DNA of 64,000 nt from Takakia lepidozioides (taxonomy: Eukaryota; Plantae; Bryophyta): assembly GCA_030704615.1 (NCBI GenBank), contig CM060733.1, positions 5,952,001-6,016,000 of the forward strand, written 5' to 3'. The notes under the pieces are model-generated. The model saw nothing but the letters and a program-made list of their open reading frames with translations. It ran no database searches and was not told the origin of the DNA. Of this stretch, positions 24,101 through 36,035 are shown one piece after another. Position numbers and translations under genes: made by a program. The stretch's first letter is position 1, and each line of letters starts with the position of its first letter.

Positions 24101-24724
24101 CGCTGACGCTGCGTGCTCAAGAATGCGGAAGTCAGGGGCTCTTCTCAAGTGAGTCTGAAATCTGGTGTGAATACTCCCAGGAAATTGATGCGCGAGAGTT
24201 CTAGAGCAAGTGTGGTAGGCCAGAACCAACTTACTTTAACCACTTCTAGAGCGGAGCCTTCCGCGACTGCTCCCAAGCGCGTGGTGGTTCCAAAATGGGC
24301 CTAGGTCATTGATCACAAAACTACGGCAAGAAATGTCTCAGAAAATGGGTATATGATATGTATGCTCCCGAGTCCCCACTTGCACGGGACCCTGGGCAAT
24401 GAAATCAACCTATGAAGGATGAGTCTTGAAAGCCTTAGATAGCCGGGAGATCCTGTAGTTAGTAGTAAAGACACATGTATATATCATGTGCATAGGTTCG
24501 CAGCAGTGGGCTCTGCAGCCAACCTCAGGCTTTCTTCCATCGTCTTTCTGAACACTTTATGGACTCCAATTTTTGGTGCTAGCAATTACAGACGCTGTTA
24601 ACCCCTACAATGACCCACACTTTAATTGAGGCTGACAAGTGGTAAGCATAAGATATAAATGATACAGTTTCTTTAAGGTCCAGTGATTTTGCAGAGCCTA
24701 CTGCTCCACACACAACCCGTCAAG

Positions 24725-24815
24725 GAGCCAATGGACAGTTTGAAGGCACATGTTGAAGGATTGAACCCAGGATCACCGAGATTATGCACAGGCTAAGGCA
24801 CAAATACCCAACCAC
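24725..24815 (-). mobile_element. SINE-like family B copy
   Basis: The reverse complement matches 15400-15490, including box B GGTTCAATCC. Confidence 0.55.
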
Positions 24816-25392
24816 TTCCTCTCTTTAATTCCCTTTATCATAAGGCGCATCCGGTGGGTCTAGTAGATGGTGATGCCAGTGATGGCAGTAACTTAATGCA
24901 GTGTTTGGTGATACATGTGCAGCGTTTAGATCTAGTATATCTGAAGAGGATACCGCGGCGGAGCATGTGAGACCTTGCAACCAGAAACCATTTTGAGTGT
25001 TCAAGGGTTGGGTGGTGCTGGGAGACCGCATTCTCTCCTTAGAGGGACAGGGACATGTCGCCCTCATATCAATCAGCTTCATACTAAACCAAAAATAGAC
25101 AAAAATTTGATTATCTTAATTAATTAGTTATATTTTTTGAGTTTCAAAGCATAGGAAACAAAAAAATTATATATCCTTTATTTATCTGGCGGGTATATAA
25201 AGGGTAAATCATTTATCCTTACCCGGTCAAAAATATTGGCCTTTACCCTTTACCCGTATGATAAATAGATGGACATATAAATAATTTACCCTTACCTGGA
25301 GGATAAATATGTAAAGCAGTTTAATTCGGGCCCGGTTAATTCTAGAGTGGTCCAGGAATTAGCGTGGTCCAGGAAGTAAAAGAGGGGGCCAA

Positions 25393-25885
25393 TGTAATAA
25401 GGCCACCTGTATTAATTAAGGAAATGAAGGGTCCGAAAATTAAGGATCCCAAGGCGTTAATCGTAAAGGTTAGAAAGACGAAGGGGAATGGCCTAGCCAA
25501 TGGGGAGGGCGGGCTGGGCCGTTGGAAAGTGCGAATAATGAGGGCAAGTGTAGGTCCCTGCGTAGAAATAGGGGAAAGTTCTAGAAAAAACGATGGGGCG
25601 GTGGGCTCTGGAACATTCTAGAACAACCTACGATCTAGAAACTTCTGGAGCTTTGAAGAACGACGCCAGGAGGGTGGTGGGGCAGTGAGTTGCTGTAGTA
25701 GGAGTGTGGAGTGGTGGGAGATAGGATGGTGGGACCCAGTGGGTTGAGGCTGCTCCAGGACAACTAGGGTAGTGGCTGCTCCAGGTCGTCATAGCGAGCA
25801 CCCTTTTTAGATATGTGGTTGAATAAATCCTTATGTGCTTGAAGGAGCATAGTGTAAGTAGATCAAAAATGGGGGTTGTGTTTCA
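25393..25885 (+). mobile_element. Candidate LTR remnant (3' LTR preceded by a polypurine tract)
   Basis: The purine tract AGGAAGTAAAAGAGGGGG is followed by TGTAA...TTTCA (~490 bp) with an internal AATAAA. No TSD or partner LTR is seen. Confidence 0.3.
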
Positions 25886-26015
25886 GCTGTAGTTCTCATG
25901 ACGGCTCGCTAGGCTCTCAATCAAAATAATCCTCTGATTTCTATTTATCCTTATCCGAAGGGTAAGCAAAAATCTATTTACCCGCACAACACTGGTCCCA
26001 ACGGCCTGTTATGAC

Positions 26016-29000
26016 CAGTGTTGGGCGGTTCTCTGGATTTGGGTGAAAGAACCGCCGGTTCCGGACCCGGGTATATACCCCCTTAATCTCGGGTATTAAA
26101 ATTCCAAATACCCTGGTCAAGATTAAACCGGCAGATACCACAATTTGTTTACCTGTGAACTTCACCAAACCGTGGATTATCTTATAGATATTTTCCATAA
26201 GAACCTGACCTACGTGTTGGAATGAGAGAGGAGGGTAAGGGTAACTGCACCCGACACATACCCTGGGTATAAGGCGGTTATCTAGGGTTAGCATGGCAAC
26301 CTCGAGGAAGCTAAAAGAGTATGTCGTGGAGCACTACGGGATGGCGGCTACAAGCTTTGATGGGTTGTCTAGTAGCTTTCATGGTTCAGATTCCAGATCT
26401 TGCAGATATTGGGTAGTTGAGATCGTGCAATCTCTTAGGTATTCTTCATCAACATTGTGATTTTGCTTGGAAGTAGATCAAAATGGATAGTTTTGAACTC
26501 TGAACTTTGAAACTTGTTTGTATTTGAAGGAAGATCATATTGCAGGTGCTGTAAGAGTTGAATCTCTGTGAGCGATGCTTTTGCTTTGTGGCGTAAGGGT
26601 CTGATGGACACTGTAAATGCAACTATGCCAATTGCTTCAGTTGAAGCTAATCTCTTTGGTGCACCCGAGTCTTCAGGTAGTGCGAGTACCAGACATGCGG
26701 GCGTTCTTGGCAGCGAGGGTTTTGATGGCCATCAGAGAAGGCCTCCAGATCGAGATGAACCTGTTGCCAACATTGAACAGCAGAAACAACTTCAACTATT
26801 GCACAAACAAGGGCTATGGTGGAAGCCATACAACCGCACCTCACCAACCTGGGCATTTTATACTTTGAACGATGCGAGTGTTGCTATGAATGCTAGCATA
26901 GAACAGGTAATGCGTTGCATTCTCTGCTACCAAGCAACGGTAGGCCCTGCCATACTTGCAATGCGCACTAGATCCAAGAAAGGATTGTTCGCATATAAGA
27001 AAGACAATGGAACCAGTGCCTTGATTAAACATGTGAAGAGAGAACACCCTGAGGTCTCCAAAATTTATGAGGATGAGTGTAATAGCAAGGTGAGAGATCC
27101 ACTTGAGCGTCAACCAGCCAAGAAAAGGCCAGGAGTCACCCCTTCTGCTGTTAGTGAATTTTTCAGTGTAGCAGAGCCTTTCAAAAAGGATAACCCACAG
27201 CAAAAGAATGTCATGGAAGATCTTCTTCTGTTTGTCATTAAGTCCCACATGCCCCTCCGGACTGTAGAGAGTATATGGTTGCAGAAAATGTGTCTGCGAG
27301 TGTGCCCCCGAGTTGTCTTCCCACCTCGGAGAGTTTTCACAAATGAGATGTTGCCTAATCTGGTGGAGAAAACCCGAGAGTTATAAGTTATGCCTGCGTT
27401 GTCATCATGCATTTCAGCCACTGCTACTTTCGATTTATGGATGTCCAAAGCCGGTCATGATGTGTTTGCACTTGTTGTGAACTTCCTTACCTCTGATTGG
27501 GAACCCAAGCACATCACAGTTGGTCTATTTGAAGCTGACGACACTACGGGGGCTGCCATGGCAATCAAATTACATGAGCTCCTTGAGCAGTTCTGTTTGA
27601 CCCGCAAAATTGTTTCATTTGTGAAGGATGAGGGTGCAAACCTAAATACCATGATAGAGGCGTTGATGTCTGTCGTGACCTGCGAAAGTCTAGGGTTGAC
27701 TGCCCCGTTTCAGGGCTCTTGCTTTGGACATGCAATGTCCAAAGCTTGTTAGTATGCTACAGATGACGATAAAATTTGTCGAGGCATGTCATTTATTTCG
27801 ATAGAGCGAGCACAAGCGGAGATTCAAAAATGCATTACTTGGCCAAAGAAATCTGGTAAAGGTCGTAGAGAATGGCAGAAGGCTTGTGAAGACTCAGGGA
27901 TCAGATTGCGCAAATTAAATACTCCTGTAAAGACAAGGTAGTACACTCAACTAGCATCTCATTATTTGTACTATATATTTGGTATTTTCTATTTTTTGTT
28001 AAAGTGCATCATGGAACACTACAATGAGATTTTTTCTTTCCTATTGGAGTGTATTCTGTGCATTTTTTGTCTAACAAATGTTTCAGTTGTGCAATGGAGA
28101 GGTGTACTATTGAAGTTGTGGGGTCGTGCATCTCTGGGACAGGTTTGCGAGCAGGGTGATATTGTTTGAGGAAGCTTTGAGATTCCGCTAAGTTATCAAT
28201 ACTTGCTATGAGAGACAGTCCTTTGCACTTCAAGCCCGGGTACCTTCAGCAAAAACATGGGCTGTGGCCCAAGAGATTGTAAATGCCCTCTCACACCGTT
28301 GTCACAAACTGTGTGTTGAACCAATCTCGAGGGCACTGGCTACTCACAGATGCCTTGAATTCCACGGTGACTTTGTACTTAAAGTTCAGAGAGGGTGTTT
28401 TGAGTGCAACTAATTATAGCACCGTCTCACAAGACTTGGATGGCGAGCTAGCTGACCTTGGAGTGTACATGAAGAAAGAAGTCATGATGTAATTGTCACC
28501 ATTCTTGAGTTTCATGCAATTTTATGATCACAGGAAGGCTCACAATATGCTAGCTCTTGCGGTGGACCCGAGATTTAAAGGACTTGGGCTGGTTACAGCT
28601 TATGTTGGCCGGGACATTACTTTGAAGGTTGTAGAAGAATATGACAGGAAGTCTTTGATGCCTTTGCTATTGAATTGTGCAAGGCAGCTATCTTCACCTG
28701 ATGCAGATGCAACCACTCTTGAATCTGTGCAAACAAACAACCTTGATCTTTTTGAGACTACCCCAAGTTGTTCAGAAACTAGAGAAGAGCATTTGAAGAG
28801 AGAACTCTGTCTTTTTCGTCGTTTTCCAGTTGACGTTGAGAAGATGACATGTCCGTTGTTGTGGTGGCGAACACATGAGGCCATGTTTCCTTCAGTAGGG
28901 CTTCTTGCTCGGCAGATTCTAGGAATTGTAGGAAGTCAAATAGAGACTGAGAGGATTTTTTTTCTTGCTGGGATACTCACAGCTCTACGCCGCTGCCGAT

Positions 29001-29670
29001 TACAAACAGAGAACTTAGATAGGATGATCTTTGTAAATAAGAATTGGCCATCAGACCCCTGTGAAGGATGCACAAATGTGAGAGTACCACAAGAAGTGCA
29101 AGAGCGGGAAGATGATTTGGCAGAGCTTCTTGAAGAAGAGTTCAATGATGAGGTAGAGCGAGAAGAGTTTGAAGATGATCTTCCTCTAGATTAGCATTGT
29201 TGGATCAACACACTATTCGAAAATGGCCTTAATTATTGACTGACCTTGATTATTGACAATTGTGGGGTTGTATTTTGTGTCATACATGCACATATTTTAT
29301 TATTTTGTCCATGGCAACTTCTGAATTGAGAACGCTGTTGAAGTCCTGGACTTCAGCCGTTCAAGTCCTGGCATTCAGCTTTAAAATAAATAAATAAAAA
29401 TTAAAAAAAACAGAACCGGGAGGGAACCATCTCTCGGTTCCCTATACGGTTCTCTACCCATATACCTGAGCACCGGATTTGGCGGATAATTGCATGAAAG
29501 AACCGGTAAAACATACCCGTGATAATGTAATTCAGAGATATACCCTGCACTGCAGGTTCTCTAACGGTCCATGTTTTTAAGTACCCGGCCGAGAGGTTCT
29601 CTATTTGCCTTCCTCAAGATAGAACCTACCCTGCAGGTTCTACCCAAATCCAGAGAACCGCCCAACACTG
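26016..29670 (+). mobile_element. Full-length hAT DNA transposon
   Basis: 29-bp perfect TIR CAGTGTTGGGCGGTTCTCTGGATTTGGGT (26016-26044 / 29642-29670). Perfect 8-bp TSD GTTATGAC at 26008-26015 and 29671-29678. Internal transposase present. Confidence 0.95.
26568..29194 (+). pseudogene. hAT transposase (BED finger, DDE, hATC domain), disrupted
   Basis: BED finger W..Y..CILC..HVKREH. Catalytic motifs ATFDLW, VKDEG and IETERIF. hATC motif WWRTHEAMFP. Intron 27938-28142 (TR|FAS). In-frame stops at 27384-27386 and 27750-27752, with further lesions at ~28290-28492. Confidence 0.9.
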
Positions 29671-29982
29671 GTTATGACCAAGAAAACCTTCCGGGCAATC
29701 CGGGCAGGTCCCAAAACAATTGACTACGATGACGTGGCACTATGGCACCCTAAATCTGCTCTACGCTAAACTAGCTTCCGAGCTTGGGTCGTCGCTAGAA
29801 TCTCAATCCAACCCAACTCTTGACATTGTAAACTTTGAATACGGCATAACGTAGGTAGCTTGCACACTGTTGAGCCACGCTCAGGCACTACACAATGGAC
29901 TCCACCCTGTTCCACAATTTTTGTTTGGATTTTACAGATCTTGAGTTGACTAGGAAATTAGTACATCTCTGTGCAGCACAGC

Positions 29983-32900
29983 ATGGAGGAGCAAGAGCTG
30001 GTTACCCTACCCGCTCTCTTCGTCAGTCTCTCTCCCAAAATCGGATCTCTTGTACTTTAATATCTGGAGTGAGGTGAATCTTACAGGTCACGGAGCCGTC
30101 GGCTATGGCTTACAGATCGACAGAGAAGGACAGCGGGATCAAAGCTTTTATGCTTGAAGAGGACATCAAGAAGTTTTTCCCACACCGGATCATCCCAGGT
30201 GAAGCAGCTCAGGCCAAGTTTTGTTGCAAATCAAGGTACGTCTCTTTGCTATATTCCTGTTCTGTGCTTACCATAGAACGGTCGACTTTTATCTGAGAGT
30301 GTGTGTGTGAGGTGCCAGAAGATTGAACCAAATGTGTGCACGTACACTTGTGTGTCGTGAATTCCCCACTAGCATCTCCTTGTCGCTAATCTGCAACAGC
30401 TGCAGCCCGATCTTTATTTGGTAGCTCCTCAGATGTGAATACCTCCAACGTATTTTGGAACTGTGCATGAGATTTGTGATATTGTATGCTGACCTTGCAT
30501 CACCTCTGCAAACTTTAGTTCTTAACCGTTCGAAACTGCTCTGAAGCACAATCAAGTTCAAAGTTGAAGCTTGTTTGTCTCAGGATTCTAATGTGCACAT
30601 GAAATATGATAATGGTCTGATAGGTCAATGTGTCTAGACCATTGAAGCATTCGTGATACGTTGAGGTGTTTAGATGAGGGGGAAATTTGGGCCCAGTTTA
30701 TGCATGGAGAGTAAGTAAAGCGATGGCATAGTGGGCGTCGTGCACAGGTGGTGACCACAGGATTTGATTAATGATACAGTCATGGAATTGTCCAAGCATT
30801 CTAAAGCTGAACCACATAGACAAGGAGGGGACAAGGTCTCGTTGCAAGTCTTAAGAGTGCGAGAAGTGACCAGTAGCTTGCGGATGAGCGATGCCTGGGA
30901 GCAGTTATGGGTGGAGGGAACATCCCCATGGGATGTAGGAGGTACTACGCCTGTTGTGGTCCAGCTGATAATGGAAGGTAAGCTTAGGGAGGGTCGGATT
31001 TTGGTCCCTGGCTGTGGCTTGGGCTATGATGCAGTCGCGGTGGCGAGTCCAGAGCGGCATGTTGTTGGTCTGGACATCTCTAAGACAGGTATTGAGCAGG
31101 CTCGGGAGATTGCATCGTACAGTCCCAATGTAAAATGGGTGGAGTTTTTGAAAGCAGACTTCTTCACCTACTCACCCCCCACTGCATTTGACGTCATCTT
31201 TGACTACACGTTCTTCTGTGCGTTGGATCCGTCACTGAGGCCTCATTGGGGTCAGAAGGTGGCGGAGCTACTTGCACCGGATGGGGAGCTGATCACACTT
31301 GTGTATCCCATTCATGATCATGGGGGAGGGCCTCCAGATGCAGTCTCCTTGGAAGCTTATCGGAGTGTACTTTCTAAGTGGGGTTTCACTGTTGTAAGTT
31401 GTGAGAAAGATATTCCTAGTATAGAATCACGGAAAGGGCTGGAGTTACTCGTGCGATGGAGAAGGACCACTTCAAAGTCTGAAATGCTAGAGCTTTGTTT
31501 CCCTGTTCCCTTTTGGACATGGGGCATTTGGCTGGACTCCTGATAGAGAAATGCAACGCCATTCCATAGACATTATAGACAGTCTCAACCTTGAAAATGT
31601 TGACTCCTGCCAAAGCAAGGGGATATTATGGTGTCACTTCATCCTGAAGAGCTACCGCCTTCCATTTGGAAAGTGGACACCTTCACAAGGTTATAAGGAT
31701 ATTATGATCAGAAGCCTTTATATGGGTGGCCAGCCAACATGATATCTCTATCTACCATTTGTCTGGAGTACATGTATGAATTATGTAAATGTGATTACTG
31801 GTGTGATTGCATGCAGTAGTAATGTGCAGAGTGCTGCCAATCTATTTGGGTCCTCTCATTACAGTGCAAAAAAATCTTTTGATGCACATTGCTCCAGTAC
31901 CTTGCAGCTTAGTTAGGCGTGGATCAGTAAGGTATTGTACAAGTATTACTCAACTTGTATAGCCTGATTGGTACAGAAAGACCACTGTGGGACATTTGGA
32001 TCTGGGTTTGTCACGTGAGCAAATCATTCTGATGGTTGTTTGCAGTTCTCATCTGTTGGTAGCCAGTGCCAATTGTGTCAACTCTCTATGCTAGCTTTTC
32101 TAGATCATTACCTATGTTAGATTCCTCATGCACCGCACCGCTGTGATTTGAGTGTGCTGAATCCCATGTTGTAGCCTTGGAGGTTCACTACATCCAATGG
32201 TTTGGCCTTCTTTGACGAAGGTGTCAAATCTCTTGGTCTTGGAAACATACTTCCTCAATTGCAAGCCTGCTGCTCCATCTCATACTTTGAGGTCCTGGGT
32301 TATGACCTATGACACACCGCAAACACTTCACAGGGTTACCTGTTGCAATTTCTTACCAGGGCCTGTGCATGCAAAGTTCATCTCTTCTCTCCTGTTTCTC
32401 AGCAATAAGGTGATTTCAAATACCACAGCATTCCACCACTGCCTACCTTTCAGCCTTCAAACCATGTCCTTCCAGTCTCCAGTCTCAGATCCCACAAAAT
32501 TCCAGTGAGTAGCCCACAACAGACTTCACAAGCTATGGTAGGGAGTTGGCATCCAACAGGGCGTTCATCATTCATTACTCATCCACCCAGATCTTCTTTC
32601 TCATTCGTCTCGGTGCTTCTTCAGTAGGACGTTTAGTTCTTTGCGGGTGTGTTTTTGCTCCTCAGATACGAGCCATCAAAGGATCTGAGCAAATTCATCG
32701 TCAGCAGACGCCATGGCCTGTTGGGCACCTTCTCTAAGGGTTCTGGTGCCATGTCCATGGTCTTCCAGTATCTCTCACACTCACTTTACTGCACACTGTA
32801 CACCAGCTTCGACTACCTCGTCAATGCAACAAGTTTGCTTTCATAAGGCTCTTATGCCCTCGATAAGAAGCAAGGGGGTGGAGTTATTCAAGCAGGTAAT

Positions 32901-34065
32901 CTCTTTGGCATGAGACTCAACAGGGGATATTTCGAGGGCTTAGTCAATGAACAGTTCCGTGGTGAGAGACTAAATTGACATCAGTGGACGGACTGATGGA
33001 AATCAAAGTAAAAAACTCAGTCATTCAGTGAGCTGTTTGTTACCCAGACGTGGATAAATTTTCTCTAACCATATAATTCCGGGCCTATTTGAAATTGAAT
33101 TGTTTGCGCAACTGATGATTGTGTTTTTCTTCGTTTCTTTGACGGCATGCTTAATGTCTAAGTAGAATTGTGTTCTCCCGGTGTGTCTGTGTGTATCTTT
33201 TCTGCTTACTTCGAATTCACAGAGGCAATACCACAGTTGTACTGCTTGAATACAAAATCCTTAAGCAAGCCACCTTTGTCGCTCAACAGGAGTCACTTTG
33301 TTTTGTCAAAACTTGCCTCCAACCTTTATCCAGGCTCAAATTTACCCTAATTTTCGGTGGGGAAAGGTCAATTTGTCTCCAGGAGTCCGGCCTGCAGCGC
33401 CCCTGAAAGATAAAGACTAGCGAAACGTAATTTCTTCTTGCATGAATTGTTGAAGTGCGGACTAGCCCCTACCACAGAAGCTGATCCTCAGTATCAGAGA
33501 TTGCTAGAGTTAACATTAGTTGGGGGCAGAGAAGCGTCTGTAGGAGACTGTGTAGCCAGGATCCTTTATGAACTAAAGTAATCCAGCCAAAATATCACAC
33601 TCTGTGTTGGGGAATTTGTTTGGAACTCCTTGCAAATATACAGAGATCTATGTTAGGGCCCTGTAATTTTCTAGGTCGCACTGCAGTGTATAATTGGGGC
33701 AGATGCTGTGGTGCTCAAAGGGTTTTAGGCCAGGAACGAAGAAATGTATGCATGGCGCTGTCCATGTTGTTTGCGAGATGGGGACTGAAACTGGTACATA
33801 TTCCTGGTGATGCACCTATGCCATGAGTGCTTGCATTAGGATAGCCAGGAGTCTATTGTTGTGGTTGTTGTGGCTGCATTTACAGGAGTTCACTATGTGG
33901 AGTAGTTGCTAATGTTCATATCTCCAACCTTCAGCCACACAAATTATCACCCTGCTAAGCTTGCATTTGATTTGTAGATAACAACATACTCATTGAACGA
34001 AGTCATCTGTGACTAGTTAGGAACTCTCACTAAATGTCAGTCTTCATTTCCTTTCGTGGCAGTAG
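29983..34065 (+). CDS. Hypothetical spliced 134-aa ORF upstream of and overlapping YjbQ
   Basis: Exons 29983-30000, 30087-30235, 33223-33366, 33703-33793 (402 nt, all GT-AG, open frame), then TAG as the first codon of the exon at 34063. No recognised homology. Confidence 0.35.
30782..31543 (+). CDS. SAM-dependent thiol/halide methyltransferase (HOL1/TPMT family), intronless, 253 aa
   Basis: Motifs WEQLW..G..PWD.G, ILVPGCGLGYD, VVGLDIS, ADFF, FDVIFDYTFFCALDP..R..W, GELITL.YP and GGPP. ATG at 30782. Confidence 0.88.
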   Translation: MELSKHSKAEPHRQGGDKVSLQVLRVREVTSSLRMSDAWEQLWVEGTSPWDVGGTTPVVVQLIMEGKLREGRILVPGCGLGYDAVAVASPERHVVGLDISKTGIEQAREIASYSPNVKWVEFLKADFFTYSPPTAFDVIFDYTFFCALDPSLRPHWGQKVAELLAPDGELITLVYPIHDHGGGPPDAVSLEAYRSVLSKWGFTVVSCEKDIPSIESRKGLELLVRWRRTTSKSEMLELCFPVPFWTWGIWLDS

Positions 34066-35322
34066 CAATTTCACCAGGAACTGAGTGGGTGCAACGGACC
34101 ATTGAGCTTCCAGAATTCAAAAGGTACTATCCAAAAATAAAACCTTGCATCCAGACATGCGCAAGTACTTATTGCCCAGGCTTCACCATTTTAGAAAAAC
34201 GTCTGCAAAACATAAAGGGATTATTTTTTGCGACTGTATACATTACTTCCTAGGGACATGTTTGGTATCTAGATTCTCAAAGTTCAATGTTGCTTTTGTG
34301 TAGCTGACTGTGGGAAAAGGTGCTGGGGAAAGAATTTGTCTTAGTTAAGGTCCATGTATCTTGTGCTCAGGTTGGACACAAGAGAAGGCTGGAGAATTGG
34401 ATACAGCTAGGTTAGAATGATAGATTGAGAACAAGGGTAGTCTACTGGGCTGGGACTGGTTTGATCTCAATGCTGTGGGTTCTTTGCATGGTGGGACACT
34501 CAGGGGTTGTCACATTATCACAAAACACATATATCGAGCAGTTCCTGAACTAGGTCAATTTAGAGTCGGAATTGCACACTTGTTTGGTGAGTATTTACAT
34601 GCCTAATTTCTAGAGATTTTCCTTATCATCATTAGTTGCCCTACAACTATGCCAAGGAGGGTTATGCTGTATATGGAAATCCTTCATACTAAGACCAGGA
34701 GGAGCAGACTGCTCATGCCTTACACTCTCAAGAATTTGGCAATTCTAGAAATGAAGGGATTTGTTTCTTATCAGGGCTTTATGGGAAGCTTTGCTGTACA
34801 CTGGTTTTAAGGGTCAACTTCACAATCTTGACTTTTCTGCATTCACCTCCCCTCATTGCTTACATCAAGGATTCCGTTTGTTTACAGTAATGCACACATC
34901 TGCCAGTTTGACAATCAATGAAAATGCAAGCTCGGACGTTCCTCTGGATATGGAGGACACTCTTAATCGGATTGTTCCTGAGGTTGTGGCCACTCTCACC
35001 CCTTATGTGTTAGCCTTTCTTGATGTAACACATGTTGCTAGGGGAGATGGAATGTTGGGTATGGCGAGTAGCAAGAATGGAAGCACCTTTGACGGAAGCA
35101 CTTGTAAGTTGTATGCTAAAAGGCTCCTGTTCTTTTCAGGGACATCAATATCGTCATCTGGACGAGGGACTCGATGATATGCCTGGTAGAGATCTAAATC
35201 TACATGTGATGTAGTGTTCATCCTTCATGTTGGAAGCATTACTCAAGCATTATAATGTTTAGATAGAAGTCACATGCTTTATTGGAAGGCATTGTTTCCT
35301 AGCATTTAAAAAAAGCTTAGTG

Positions 35323-35353
<31 letters not shown>

Positions 35354-36035
35354 GTGGCTTGCAACTACCTCATTCCCTAGCAATCACTCACAGTGGTTGA
35401 TGCATATAGCACATGTGAAGGCGTCAATGATGGGATGCTCACTGTCCATTCCAATCAGTGCCGGCCGATTCAACCTTGGCATTTGGCAGGTATAGTCATA
35501 TATTTCTCATTTTCGTCCACCTGGTCAATGACTCCTCACAATTTTCTATGTTGTTCCTGGCAAATGTCTCCTGTTTAGCATGATCGGATAGATAAGTTGT
35601 CACTATCAGCGGACCACTCCAGTGCATTTGCATTTGAAACAGGTGCAGCTTCAGAGAATTTGGGGAGGGCTTTGCTTCATGATCTAATGGGGCAGAATGG
35701 GGACAGGGTATTTGGTTAAATGAGCACCGTAACTATGGGGGCTCCAGGCGCATTTGTGTCACGATACAAGGAGAAAAGCGCATCGATGGAAGGTAAGATT
35801 TGTTGGCTTCATAAAGAGCTCGACTTATCACATGTGCTCCAATGTACATTGTTAGTTTATTTGTGCCTGGGCTTTGGTCACGCTGTGCAAGGTGGCTAAT
35901 GCCTAGGTCTTCCTCTAGGAGTCAGGGCACTGGATTGTTTATCCCTGGATGCCTTTGAAGTATGGCATTCTTCCGCTCTTTCTTTGTTTTCCTCCTTATG
36001 CTATCTGTTTGTCTGTATACAGGACTTATAAATGA
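33703..36035 (+). CDS. UPF0047 / YjbQ family protein (~184 aa; start codon uncertain)
   Basis: Exons 33703-33793 (tentative), 34063-34123, 34504-34586, 34888-34982, 35140-35185, 35410-35489, 35707-35792, 36023-36035 (555 nt). Motifs [39 protein letters not shown]. Confidence 0.85.
35327..35352. repeat. (TC)n microsatellite in a YjbQ intron
   Basis: ~13 TC units. Confidence 0.9.

Noticed and set aside
22990-24300. Possible TE coding remnant
   Set aside because: Fragmentary ORFs with no motif I can assign.
30087-33793. Alternative frame giving YjbQ a long transit-peptide-like N-terminus via the acceptor at 33289
   Set aside because: The frame is open but has no upstream in-frame ATG (stop at 29951-29953); it would need non-AUG initiation.
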